From Octopus sinensis (Eukaryota): a stretch of DNA of 64,000 nt. Within the stretch, counting starts at the first letter, position 1. Each line of letters opens with the position of its first letter. Location of the stretch: contig NC_043019.1 of assembly GCF_006345805.1 (NCBI RefSeq), positions 15,809,360 through 15,873,359 on the forward strand, given 5' to 3'. Below the pieces are notes generated by a model. The model did not search any database and was not told the DNA's origin. It saw only the letters and a list, made by a program, of their open reading frames with translations. A program made the translations under genes and the position numbers. Below, one piece after another: positions 13,212-25,713 of this stretch.

Positions 13212-16200
13212 CTGTAACAGAAGAGGTGGAGGACACATTTGAATTTGGAGTTTTGTGGAGGAAGGTGCTGCAGAGGTAGACCCAACAGACCCTATTAGGG
13301 TATGGTGAAATGGCTGCATACATTGTAGTGTGTGTGAATGTGTGTGTATACACACACAGAATGAATGGATACATAAAAGTGGATAAAAAAAAATAAAGCG
13401 CAAATGAAAGGAAGACATACAATAGGAGATGCATATTAACTTAATAACATTGAGTTGAGTAAAACTTAATAACCTTTAGCATGCTGAAGGTGAATCATGG
13501 CACCATACAAGTTTTCTCCCCTCCTAATGTGACACAATGTGTCTGCAGCTACAGGGGAGAACACTTGTAAGTCAACATAATGTGCCTAAGTGTTAAAGGT
13601 TAAAATTATCAGGTTAAATTATATCAATGTGTGTAATCAGTGAGAGAGAGCGCATGTGAAGAATAGACAGTTGGATATATAAAACTAGTGGTGACAGGGT
13701 CTCATTCATGTAATATACCAAGTAGAGAAACTGATTATTGCAATGAGAAAACAAAGATATCCTCTATGGAGTGTTTCAAACTTAAAGGAGGGGGAAATAA
13801 GAGATAGCTCTAATTAAAACCAGTTGATCAAGATTTTTGAATACACACAATTGGAGTGAATCTGGTGTTTTAAAATAATACCTATACATATTGATAACAA
13901 GAAAACTGGGCAGACAGTCAAACACACACAGGCAACACACACACATTCAAATTTTACAGATTCTTAATGGAAGAAAATGAAAACATTCAATACAGGTTGT
14001 ATTATATACTTCCACTGAATTCTTCTTCTTCATCGTCTTCTTATGAATTAAGTTTTACCCAACTGCAATCTTTCAGGTGAGTGATTTGTCAGAATTTCAA
14101 GCTCGTTAAGGAATGGCTTTTAGGTATGACTGTTAATTTAACTGATTAGCTTCTCATTGTTATTATCATGTCTTTTTATTTGTTGTTGTGATGTTACCTT
14201 TCATTGGCCAATTCATTGATTGGTATGACCCTATCAGTTAATTTTATAAATATAGGTACATGCATGGCTGTGTGCTAAGAAACCTACTTCAGAACCACAC
14301 TGCTTCAGGTTCAGTTCCACTGCGTGGCACCTCAGACAAGTGTCTCCTGCAATGGCTCTAAGCCAGCCAAAGCTTTGTCAGTGGATCCGGTAGGAAGCCA
14401 CAGTCATGCAAGCAATGTCTACTTCCAGCGTCCCATGGAAGCAAGTCCTTGATGGGAAACAAGTGAGAGTTGGTAACAGAAAGGGCATCTGGGCATAGAA
14501 AATCTGCTTGAATAAATTCCATATGACAAATGCCAGCAAAGTGAATATTGAAACAATAATGGTGATGGTGTTGAGTATGGTGTGTGTGTGAATGAAGATA
14601 TTAGTGTAAAGAGGTACATGTAAGAGTGTAAAAACTGAGGAAGAAAACGCTAGAACTGAGAGAGAGGGGGCGGGGTAGGTGCAATGAAAAATAAGGACAA
14701 TTTTATACAAAGATAAAACAAAAGAATAATAACTTCAGAACAAAAGCAAATCACAAATAAATAAATAAAAAAAAGACAAAATAAGATAAACAAATAAAAC
14801 AAAAGCTTATTTTTAACAAAACCAAACTGTAACATCACAGGTTCAAATCCTTGTATCGACACAGGTAGAATCTTAGATACATCATCACAGGTATAATCTT
14901 AGATACAAGTTACAATATACCTAAACAAAGTAAATGACTTGATTGACTAGCTAGAAGCAGCAGCCAAATCTCCCTCAAACCATGCCTTGTTTTGATAAAT
15001 AGGCTACATTTAGTTTTGGTGGGGGAAAACAAGATGGTGTCTTCACTGCTGGAAATCCTGTGACCTAGGGTCAAACATTGATCTATAAATGAAAACAGGT
15101 AAATTTTTACCTTCTTGACTTGCTAAAAATAAGACAGGTACAGGAAGAACTACAATTATTGCATTCTGACCAAGTCCACCTTGAACACCTTTGCTGTGTT
15201 CACCAGAGCCAACAGATAAGGCAACAAGGGAACCTCTATGCAGTCAGGAAAAAACAAAAATGAAACCAAGTCTCCCTCAAATCAAAATATCTATTAAAAA
15301 AAATTAAAATTTTTAAAAAATAAAACATTGGACAATGTCGTTCTAGTTGCACTTAGTCTGACTGACAAGACGGTGATGACCAGAACATCGTTGATAATAG
15401 CTGGATCAGGAGTGAGCTGGGACAAAACAAAAATAACAGACAATAATTGTACACCAACATAACAGAGAGATAGCACACAAGTTTACAGTTATATATAAGT
15501 CTTCTTACCCCCTGGGGTAGTTTTGTGAACAGTTACTATTCACATGTGATTCTATTTTAGTATTTATTAAACTCTCGTAGTGTCAGTTTTATTAATTAGC
15601 CAAAAGGTGAATTTTATTTGTATTCCATGATTCATTTTTGCTAATCAACCAGATTGCTGGTTAATGTGTCAATCTTGTAGTTTGGGCTTATTAATAACCC
15701 AATGGTTAGTATATTAGTTAAGCTCATAAATTAACCCAAATTTATAAATTAGTCCTGTAGTTCATTTATAAATTAGCCTCATGGATCAGATCTTATTAGT
15801 TAGCTCTGAAGTTCCAAAATTTAGACTGACCAATCATCTTTGAGACAGTAACACTACCAACAGCAGCAGTTGCAGTCATATAACAACTTCTTCCTGGAGA
15901 CTTGTGTACATAGCAACATCAAAACCCGTTTCAGGTTTAAGCATGTAACGTATATAAATTTGAAACCAGTTTGTTTGTTTGTTTGTACATCTATGTATGT
16001 GTGTGTGTGTGCACATGTATATATACACACACACACACGGGGGAGGTGACAAGCATAGTTCACTATTATAGAAGGACATATAATCTGATACCCAGTTAAA
16101 CCTCTTGCATATCCTTAATGGGTTCCACCCTGTTATAAACATTCAGTCTGGGTTTCCTGTCTGAAACTTTCACCCACCAGTCACATAAATCCTGGAAAAT

Positions 16201-17552
16201 GTTATGAGCAGGGCCCTTTCCTCTCTTAACCATAAAAAAAAAAAGAAACACCAGGAAGTTGATGTGGTCGCAAGACATGCTAGAGTAGCAGTTAACTCTC
16301 CTTCCAATTGCAATCCTACAACATTTAAGGGGGAAAAAAACATTGGATAAAGTACTCTGGAATACACTATTGATGAGGAGGTAAAAAAAAAAGGTGATGG
16401 TCATAACTGGTGTGTCATATCGGCAGCAGGGTGATCTTCATGATGGACTTGGTTTATAGCTGGAGCTGTTTTGAAAAAACTCCACAAATTAGCCTTCCTC
16501 AGACACTAAATGAAATGCATTGCTCTTTACACATCTTGGACAGGTCAAATTGATGACATTAATTAATAAGCCTGTAGAGCCTTGTCTTGAACTACTAATA
16601 CTAGATCTTGCTCACTGTAGCATTGCATAAGAGACCAGCTAAAAAGTAATATTCCAGGTCAATCCAATCAACTTTTGTCAACACCAAAGGTTTCCCTAGG
16701 AACATGGTTGCTCTTAACCACCACTAGTCCTCTATAAAATGCCAATATAGAAGTTCCATTTATTGCTTTGCAGAAATATAGAGGGCTGTGGGAACATCAT
16801 AACACCCTAGATATCAAGTGACATATCTTGAGCCCTGCTTGATCCAGGACTGTTGCTTCAACAAGGCAATGAGCTGTGAAGACATTTGATAAAAAGGGAC
16901 TACATCAGCTTACTATCTGAGATTCTTTGTAGATGTTGCTATGACAGCATGTCTGTGAATGGGACCTCAACAGCAACAACATGACATATCAATATTTTCT
17001 TGTGATGCCACATTTAGTATTGCAATAGTTTACTATAAAGCCATATATGTAGTATGGATAGGTGGATAGGTGTTGGGCATGGCTGTGTGGTTAAGAAGCT
17101 TGCTTTGCAACCACGTGTTTCTGGATCCAGCCCCACTGCATGGTACCATGGGCAAGAGTCCTTTACTACAGCCCTGAGCCAACCAATGCTTCAACAAAGC
17201 CTGTCATATAAACATACACACACACACACAGTGTGTGTGTCTTCCACACATACTGCTTAACAACCAGTGTCGGTTTGTTCACACCTCTGCAACCTCATGG
17301 TTTGGCAAAAGAGACAGAATGAGTAACACACTAAAAAAAAAAAAAAATAAATAAAAAATAAAAAAAAGGTACTGGATTTGTTTGTCTAAGCAGTGTCCCA
17401 GAATGACTGAAGCAAATCGAAGATAAAAGTTGTCAGTATGTGTGTGCACACCATACTACACTCAATTTCATAAGTAAATGGATAGCGAGAGAAAGATTTA
17501 GCTTAATACTTCTAAACTAGTCCATAATTTCAGAAACAGTAATTGTGCAATC

Positions 17553-17916
17553 ATTACCGCCATCTGAGCAAAAGTGGGGGTACTGTTTTCAGTCATGTTT
17601 GTTTGTTTGTCCACGGACAAAATATCTCAAGAACTGCTGGACGGATTCAGATGAAACTTTCAGGGATGTTTGGCCTCATGACTGGCATGAATTAAGTTTT
17701 GGGATCAATCTGGTACCGGACAAGGATTCTGGATTATTTTCTTTGTTTGTTTTTACTTAATTTTTGACAGCGGTCAGCTTCATTTTTAATATTCTCATTT
17801 GTGAGAGCAGTTGAGTTTATTTCAGATATTCTCATTTTAAAAATCATCTCCAGCTAATCGTTGAGAGGACATTGGTGTTGCCTTGGTTGAGGTTTGAGCT
17901 CTCTGAGTGCTCTTAT
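17553..17916 (+). mobile_element. Helentron-associated (HINE/DINE-1-like) non-autonomous element
   Basis: attaccgcc start, (GTTT)n, ggacggattcagatgaaactttcagg motif, 3' gagctctctgagtgctc hairpin followed by T-rich sequence; matches HINE architecture from recall. Confidence 0.7.
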
Positions 17917-19475
17917 TAATATTTTATTTTGTTAAAAAAAAAAAAAATTTGATAGGCAGTATGATGCTGGTAAGAACAGCTGATATAAATTTGTGATATG
18001 TCATATCGTTGGTAGAACATTTATGTAAGGGAACAATATAACAGGTCATATTGGTGGCATATCATCTAGTATGAGGGAATGTGACAGCTCATAATCCAAG
18101 TGGTCCAACTGACCACAAATGTGTGTGTGTCTCTGAGATAGATGGGGAGAAGACATGCGCGCAAGGGAGACAACTTTTTCAACTATGTCTACTAAATAAA
18201 AATTGAAATATACTAACAAGCCAGGCATTAACAAACTTCTAATAAATCACTGGTGATTTCATGCAATTTATGAAAATGACTGCCATGAAGGAAATTTCTA
18301 AAATAAAATTAAGTAGGTTGAAAAAATTTACTTGAAGGAAAAATAACAATTCCTTCATTCTTGAAATATCTAAAGAAATCTGATGAATATCTTTATCAAA
18401 ATAAATGACGAACAATAAAAATTCAGTCATATTGATATAGTTGGAATATTTAACACTTTCCATACCAACCAACCTGAAACTACCCCTGATTCTATAATAC
18501 AAACCTGTTTCTAAAGTAACCTAAATAAAAATCTTCCATCGAAATCTCAGGTTAATTTATGATACAAACACCCAGTTTAACGACGAAAGTTATTTGAGCA
18601 AATTTTTCATTGTTTTGAAGATTAATTGAAACAAAGTAGGTATATTTCAACAGAATATGGTAACGAAAGGGTTATTATGAAATACATGTTTGGAGAATAC
18701 TAGTTATGGCACCAAAATTTTGGCTGGAAATTAGTGAGTTTTTAGCCTTGAATTACCCACACTCTTCCAGGTTCAGTTCACTAATAATCAAGTACCCTTA
18801 ACCCTTTAGTGTTTGCATTATTCTGCCAAAATTAATCCTTTTTAATCCACATCGTTTTGAACTAATCAGGCATTATCTTGGTGCTATGAGATTTTGATGA
18901 GGTAGCTGTTAATTTTTAAAACGATATTGTAGGGTTGGTCTGAGAGACCAGATCTGGCCAGTTTGAACATAAAACAGGCAGAATACTTTTGGCCGGATAT
19001 GGCCAGTTTAAATGCTCAAAATCATTTCAGGAGTTTAATGAACTTCCCCTGCCATAGGTCAGTATTGACACATTTTGCTGACACCCACTCCCTTGTAAAA
19101 TAATTCAGTGAACACTTAAGGCAGTGTTTTCTTAATTTTTGGCACATTTTTGACCACCTTGAAGGGAAGAATACAAAAACAGATTTAACAGGGGATGGTG
19201 GGGGGGGGGCGTTGGACTACAACAGAGACTTAAAAAGACAATGGGCTGGGAGGCGGGGGGGGGGGGAAAGATACAACACAGACTTAAGAAATAAAACTAT
19301 AAACAAAAAGAAAACGGTCAAAAGCCAAAATAGTGAAGCCAAAAGTTCATTCCAGAAAAGTGGAATTAAGCTAAAACCAAAACAAAACAATCCCAACGAC
19401 AACAACAACAACAGCAGCAGCAGCTAAATTGCAATGGTAGGGGAAGATGACTGTGGTGAGTATAGATGGGTATTT

Positions 19476-19522
<47 letters not shown>

Positions 19523-19689
19523 CAGCAGCATTGTTAGTATATTCCATGAAGGATAGTAGTTGCTGCTGTTGTTGTTGCTGTTAATAATATTGTAGCGAAT
19601 AGTTTCAGTTAGAGGAAAATATAAATAAAAGACAGAGATAGAGAGAAAAAAAGAGTGAACATGAAAAAAAAGGGTATGTAAAAGTGCAA

Positions 19690-19769
19690 AACATAATACA
19701 TATATATGTATACACGCACACAAAAACATATATACACACACACACACACAGAAACATCTATATATATGC

Positions 19770-19815
<46 letters not shown>

Positions 19816-19834
19816 TATATATATATATATATAT

Positions 19835-19865
<31 letters not shown>

Positions 19866-20109
19866 CACATACATATATACATACAAACACACACACACAC
19901 ACACATATATATATACACACCACATATATATATATATACACACACATATATATATATACACACATACATATATACATACACAAACATACATATATACATA
20001 CACAAACATACATATATACATACACAAACATATATATATATACACAAACATATATATATATACACAAACATATATATATATACACAAACATATATATATA
20101 TACACAAAC

Positions 20110-20156
<47 letters not shown>

Positions 20157-20158
20157 TT
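19690..20158. repeat. Compound (TA)n/(CA)n/(TACA)n microsatellite with ~20-22-bp higher-order units
   Basis: Visible directly; repeated catatatatatatacacaaa units at ~20010-20110. Source of the 147-245 aa pseudo-ORFs. Confidence 0.97.
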
Positions 20159-20288
20159 CATAGAGAGCAGGGGAGAGAAACAAATGAATGTAACAGAGCA
20201 AGAGTAAAATAGTGGAATAGTTATATCTTAAAAACTGTAATAAAAATAAGTATAGCAATGATCATTAAAAAGTTTTTAAATGTTTAAA

Positions 20289-20383
20289 AGTTCTTACAAT
20301 TGTTTCGTGAATATACTTTCTCTTAAAATGAAGTCTAAAATTGATAATCATCTTTGGCGAGTATATCCACTCATCAGAGAATC
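20289..20383 (-). ncRNA. Type I hammerhead ribozyme (Penelope-type), copy A, on the host pre-mRNA strand
   Basis: Minus strand reads GAUUCU-CUGAUGA-GUGGAUAUACU-(42 nt)-AGUAUAUUCAC-GAAAC-AAUU-GUA-AGAA. Intact core, 11-bp helix II, 4-bp helix I (UUCU/AGAA), palindromic helix III ACAAUUGU, GUA triplet. Predicted cut between 20295 and 20294. Confidence 0.85.
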
Positions 20384-20581
20384 AAGTCGAAAGGATGAAA
20401 TTCGGTGGAGGAAATCGAACGAGGTAAATGATTTTAAAATTATTGGTATTCATATATCTATGTTGCTATAAATTTTAGAGTTTTAGCTCAAATTTATACA
20501 ACTTTTTAAACATTTTCCTCATTTGATTTAAACAGCATTTTCTTCATTCCATTTCCTCCACCGAAATTCATCTTTCAACTA

Positions 20582-20676
20582 GATTCTCTGATGAGTGGAT
20601 ATACTCCCCAACGATGCTTATCAACTATAGGCTTCATTTTAAGAGAAAGTATATTTATGAAACGATCGTAAGAGCT
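20582..20676 (+). ncRNA. Type I hammerhead ribozyme (Penelope-type), copy B, antisense to the host gene
   Basis: GAUUCU-CUGAUGA(20588-20594)-GUGGAUAUACU-(42 nt)-AGUAUAUUUAU-GAAAC-GAUC-GUA-AGAG. Palindromic helix III ACGAUCGU; the base of helix II is G.U rather than G-C. Predicted cut after 20670. Confidence 0.8.
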
Positions 20677-21359
20677 TTTAAACGTTTAAAAAATTTTTAA
20701 TAATCATAGCTGTACTTTCTTTATTTATCAATACAATATTGCTAATATTACATACACATCTTTATTATGATTTTTTAAGATATAACTATTCCATTATTTT
20801 ACTCACTAATATATAATCGGTCTCATGAATCTCTAAATATCTTTTCAGATCTTAGATATATTTCATACTAGAGCACTTGACATCCAGTATACCTTGTTTT
20901 CGAAGGACATATTTAATTAACTGTATATATATATAGATATATATATAGATATATATATAGATATATACATACATACATACATACACAAACACATACACAT
21001 ATATATATACAAAGAGAGAGAGAGAAAGAGAGTGTGTGTGTGTGTGTGAGTGAGTGAGTGAGAGAGAAGTAAAAGTTCTGAAAGCAACTCAGAAAAAAAT
21101 CCAAAATAAATATAAGAAAAAAATAAAAATAAAAATAAAACGAAAAGCCCCATGGTTTGATTCATCCAGTGTGTTTGTGTTGAAAACATTAATATTGCTA
21201 CGATGCCACTCTTATGCAGACAAAGGTGTTAAAGAACAGGAGAGAGAGAGGGGTCAGAAGCTAGCAAAGCATCTTACGGTGATGAACAAGTAACAAGAGT
21301 TATTGTTATTATTATTATTAATTATGATTATTATTATTATTATACTTTGAAAGCCTTAC

Positions 21360-21545
21360 CAAGATCATTCAAAGGTAAGCTGGTGACATAGTTTGGAAGC
21401 GTGTACACAAATTTCTTCCCCGGAGCATCGACTATATAGACCTGCAGTACAAAACCATCGATGGTCAGTGTACTGTTGTGGTCCCATTGTACAATTACAG
21501 AGCTAACATTCTGTATAACCACTTGTAAGTTGTGGGGAGGTTCAA
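21360..21545 (-). CDS. PRTG: Protogenin-like exon, first part of FN3-3
   Basis: tttttcccactctAG ... G|GTAAGG. Encodes VEPPHNLQVVIQNVSSVIVQWDHNSTLTIDGFVLQVYIVDAPGKKFVYTLPNYVTSLPLNDL. Phase 1/1. Confidence 0.93.
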
Positions 21546-21758
21546 CTAGAGTGGGAAAAAAAAGAGAAAATATAGAAAAAAAAAAAAGAGTATTTGATTA
21601 GATTAAAAAAAAACGTAAAATAGTGAGAAAAATATAATTAATAAATAAATGAACGGCAAGAAATCTTTGCTTTGATTCTTTCATCGATTGATTAACAAAA
21701 TGATCTTGATAGATTTTTACCCTGAGAAAGAAAAATGGCAGGAGTGATAAATAATTAA

Positions 21759-22215
21759 CCCTTTTGATACCAAACTGCCTGAGAGCACTCCTGGTTCTAT
21801 GATGAAAACTTCCTGTCTTAAAGTGATCTAAATTAAAACGTTCCATAGAAATTTCATGTTGATTTATGTTCCAAACGCCAGCTTATTGCTTCTTTCAAAT
21901 TTTGGCATATGGTCAATAATTTTAGGGAGAGTGAGTAGTCAATTAAATCAACCCCAGTGCTAGACTGGTACTTTTATTTTATCGACCCCGAAAGAATGAA
22001 AGGTGAAGTCAACTTCAGTGGGATTTGAACACAGCCTGTAAAAGAGCTGTAAGAAATGCTGCTGAGCATTTTGTCTGATGCACCGACCATTCTGCTAGTT
22101 TGCCACATTAACACCAGTTTAATAATGCCAAAATTATTCTGGCATTATTAAATTTGTTTGCAAATTGATTAAAGCAAAGGCAGTGTATTTCAATAGAAAT
22201 ATGGTAACAAAAGGG
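21759..22215 (+). mobile_element. piggyBac-type MITE interrupted by a SINE
   Basis: TTAA|CCCTTTTGATAC ... GTAACAAAAGGG|TTAA, with a minus-strand SINE at ~21887-22105. Degraded relatives at ~18.5-18.7, 27.5-28.0, 29.1-29.45 and 62.4-62.8 kb. Confidence 0.82.
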
Positions 22216-23928
22216 TTAAAACACTTTTTTAAGAAGAAAAAAAGAATAAAAGGATATAAGTTTTTTCAAAATTCTAATACAAACAGATCCAAGTTGAAGT
22301 GATGATGCCAGACAGTTGGGTAAATGTCTTTAATCAAAGCCCCTAGTTGACACCTGAGCCATGTAAGGAGAACTGGGTAGATGGATATGGAGAAAGAAGC
22401 CTTCCAACGGATGGAGGGGTAGAGCTAATCCCTTGCCCAGTTAAACATCACACACCTTCATAGGGAACAGAATGGGCAAGGGAGGCTCACTGATGGGACC
22501 CAAACTATGTAGAGGAATTGGCAGATGCTCTCTACTTAATTTGGTAAAGTTGTCAAGAGACAAGACAACAGAATCTCCCATGTAAAATATGAGTTCAGTA
22601 CTTTGATTATAAATGAGTTATCTTCACAATTAGAAGACAAAAACACAAAAATTCTACCATGAGCCTAAAGTTAGTTGCAAGGTTAACCCCACAAGTAGTA
22701 TTGATACTCATTTGCAACTGAGTAGACTGAAGCAACATGAAATGAAGTATCTTGCTCAAGGACACAATGCACCATTCCATCTCAGAATGAAAGCGGTGAA
22801 CCAATAGTTGATAGTCAACCCAATTTCCAAACAGTTAAGCTACACAACTTCATGAGAAATCTCCTCTGAGTGTGTTCAAAATCTAAAGAATAAAAATAAA
22901 AGTTGGTTTGGGGAATAACTGAGAGATCTAACAAAATTAAAACACTTCTGTTACTTTCAAGCATTTGACTTTGAAGATAAGAACCTTCTTTAACCATTTA
23001 GCATTTAAACCAACTATATCAGGCCTATCACACATACCCTACAATGTCATTTGAAAAGTAAACACTCACATCACTGAAATTTTGTTGCTACGAGATAATG
23101 CATGATTAAAGTCAAAACAGTGTGAATCAATAAGCATTATATTTGACAGAGCTAAACACATCAGCTTTTATTTTCCAAAAATCTAGATGAGCCAGCATTT
23201 GTGTTCAGAGAATTTCGATTTTGCAAGTTATTTGGTGGCTTCACTAGTTCTGGTGCCACGAAAAGAGCACCCCTGTAAAGTGGTTGGCATCCAGTTGTGG
23301 AAAGCATGCCAAAGTAGACAGAGAAGCTCAACACCCACCTCTGGCTTGTCGGATCCTATGGAACAATTCAACCTATACCCAGGGCTGTCAATGATATAAA
23401 TTTGTTTCAAAACAATCTAAATGAAGACTTTTCATTTAATTTGTTTCAGACACCACCATCGTACGATGATGTTATTTTATGAAATTCTTCATTATTTTAA
23501 AAACTATTTAGAAGACTGATCGTATGCCTACAGCAATACAGTAACACAAGAGGTAGAAGTTAAATGGTGATAGTCTCCCTTCTTTGTTTTTAGGTCATCT
23601 CCTCTGCAGAGATAATTGCAGCTAATTAAAGCTTTTCCATTCAGTATATTACATATGTGAGGCTCTGTCTTGCCTTTTTACTTGTTTCATCACTGGATTG
23701 CAGTCACACAAAGGCACTGCTTTGAAGGTTGAGTCTAACAACCAGTACTTACTCGATTGTCTTGGTAGTTATTCTCTTTGGTTGAACTGTTAGATTATGG
23801 GAACACAAAACAAACCAACGCCAGAGTGACATTATCTAATGTGTCTTTTTCTGAAGTGATATAGCCGAGATTTGAGATCTGACTGCTATTACTAGCAAGG
23901 AGAGCAACTATATAGAGGGTCATGATCC

Positions 23929-23982
<54 letters not shown>

Positions 23983-25209
23983 TTTTACTGGTTTCAGCCA
24001 CTGGACAGCAGAAATGCTGCAACTCTGCCTTGAAGAGTTTAGTGGAACAAATTCATCATAGTACACATTTTTAAGTCACGTACTTATTCAAATGATTTTT
24101 TTTTTGCCAAACTGCTAAGTTATGGGAATGTAAACAAATACTGGTTGTCAAGAAGCAATGGCAGGGACATACACACACACAAACAACAGGCTTCTACACA
24201 GTTTCTGCCTACCAAATTTACTCACAAGGCATTGGTCAGCCCAGGGATATAGTAGAAGAATCTTGACCAAAGGGCCACACAGTCGGACTGAACCCGAGGT
24301 AAGGCTGCAAATTGAGTTTCTTAACCACACGGCGAGGTTTGTAATTCTCACCAGGTATATAGGTGAATAAGATGCTTTAGTGATGTTGCTTTGCCTAGAT
24401 GACCCTAAGAAGGTAGGAAGGTAGGTAGGTAGGTAGTTTGTCTAATTTCACTGTTAGATACTTGGGTACTGCAACAGACGTTTAAACAATGATAAACCCA
24501 CAGCATGTAACTATGCCACCACCCACACATGCATGTGGTTGGTGATTGTCAAATGGGCGAATCCAAAGGAAGCACGAGAGTGCCCCTTCTGAAAATCAGG
24601 CAACAGGAAATGAGTGTCTTTATAGTCAGGTTTAGGTTAATAAACAAGATAGTCGTTAATTAGTCTACTGGCCCCAACCAAATGTCATCTTGGAGCACTG
24701 GCATCAAAAGAATTACTTTGGTCGGAAGAAACTGAGAAATCTCTCTTTACAATTCAAACAATGCTCAATATCAATGTATAAACATTGTTAAGACAGTTCT
24801 GGTAGTATATTCTGAGAAAAAGCATCTCTTGCAAATTAACTATATTAAAAACACAATAAATATGGGAGATATTGATTCATCCCAGCAGCAGCCATTGAAA
24901 GGTTGCTGACCACTAATGGGATGAATTTCCATCTCTCAGATATGTATTGCTTTTAACACAGCTAGTCCATAAGAGATTGCTTTCTCATAAGACAAATACT
25001 GCAGCACTTGTCCAAAGAAAACATCTCTTATCGACTTGCTTTGTAACTGGCCTCTTATCTATTCTTTCAATAAAAGAGCTTATGTTTGAAACGTTAAAGA
25101 CATCTTCCAATTTTCCTGAGCATCATACCTTATTTGATTTTTTTACCTCATCTTTGTAGGGTTTTTTTTTTTTGTACCAAGTATGCTATATGCTACATAT
25201 ACATATGTA

Positions 25210-25426
25210 TGATGGGGTGCTGAAAAGTTCTTGGCTTTGAGGGTATCGCAAAAGGCCTGGTTGGAGGCCCAACCTTCCGAGTTCTTGTACAGGGCTTAGA
25301 AAAACTGAAGGACCGTTGCAATATGTGTGTGAATCTGAGACGGGAATATGTTGAATAAAATCATGATTAATTGATCCTCCTGTATTTTCATTAATCCAGA
25401 GTCAGGTACTTTTCAGCACCCCCTCA
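25210..25426 (+). mobile_element. Mariner-derived MITE
   Basis: TA TSDs; ~21-bp TIRs tgatggggtgctgaaaagttc / gtacttttcagcaccccctca. Internal GLEKLKDRCNMCVNLRREYVE* resembles a mariner transposase C-terminus. Confidence 0.85.
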
Positions 25427-25713
25427 TATACACATCATACACATGGATGTGTGTGTGTGTGTGTGTGTTTGTATCTTCTAGTCTTGACATCACCGTAAAT
25501 GACTAACACAGAACAAAGCCACTAGCATCATTACATGTGAAGGAAACAGCACCTGTTTCAGTCTTCAGGAACATTTTTACACAGAAAAAGGTATCTTTTC
25601 TTAATTCGGTAGTCTGAGTAAAAATTTAGTCAAATAATAGATTCTTATTACTTGCTATGCAAAATTTGACGATAGAGTTAGAGAAAGACTCTGGGAGGGA
25701 ATTTAATTTACAC

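Larger units (their letters stand above)
20202..20804. mobile_element. Foldback of two inverted Penelope-like terminal repeats (non-autonomous)
   Basis: Left arm ~20202-20440 is the reverse complement of right arm ~20524-20804 (ends gagtaaaatagtggaatagttatatctt / aagatataactattccattattttactc). About 20 differences in ~165 aligned nt by hand count. Each arm holds a hammerhead. No PLE ORF seen nearby. Confidence 0.75.

Noticed and set aside
15294-15476. Minus-strand ORF with a cccAG acceptor (LTPDPAIINDVLV...) considered as an extra FN3 exon
   Set aside because: FN3-3 is already completed in frame by joining 21360 to 13211; no FN3 motif and no good donor.
16100-17040. Non-SINE, moderately GC block suspected to be a LINE/LTR relic (similar blocks at 24.5-25.15, 43.06-43.45 and 54.55-54.95 kb)
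   Set aside because: Multiple stops in the frames I translated and no recognisable RT/EN/transposase motif, so I cannot support a call without a profile search.
19424-20258. Six overlapping 147-245 aa ORFs rich in YI/VC/HT
   Set aside because: Translations of (TA)n/(CA)n microsatellite, which lacks stops in several frames. The same applies to 52019-52432, 45926-46192 and 35949-36317.
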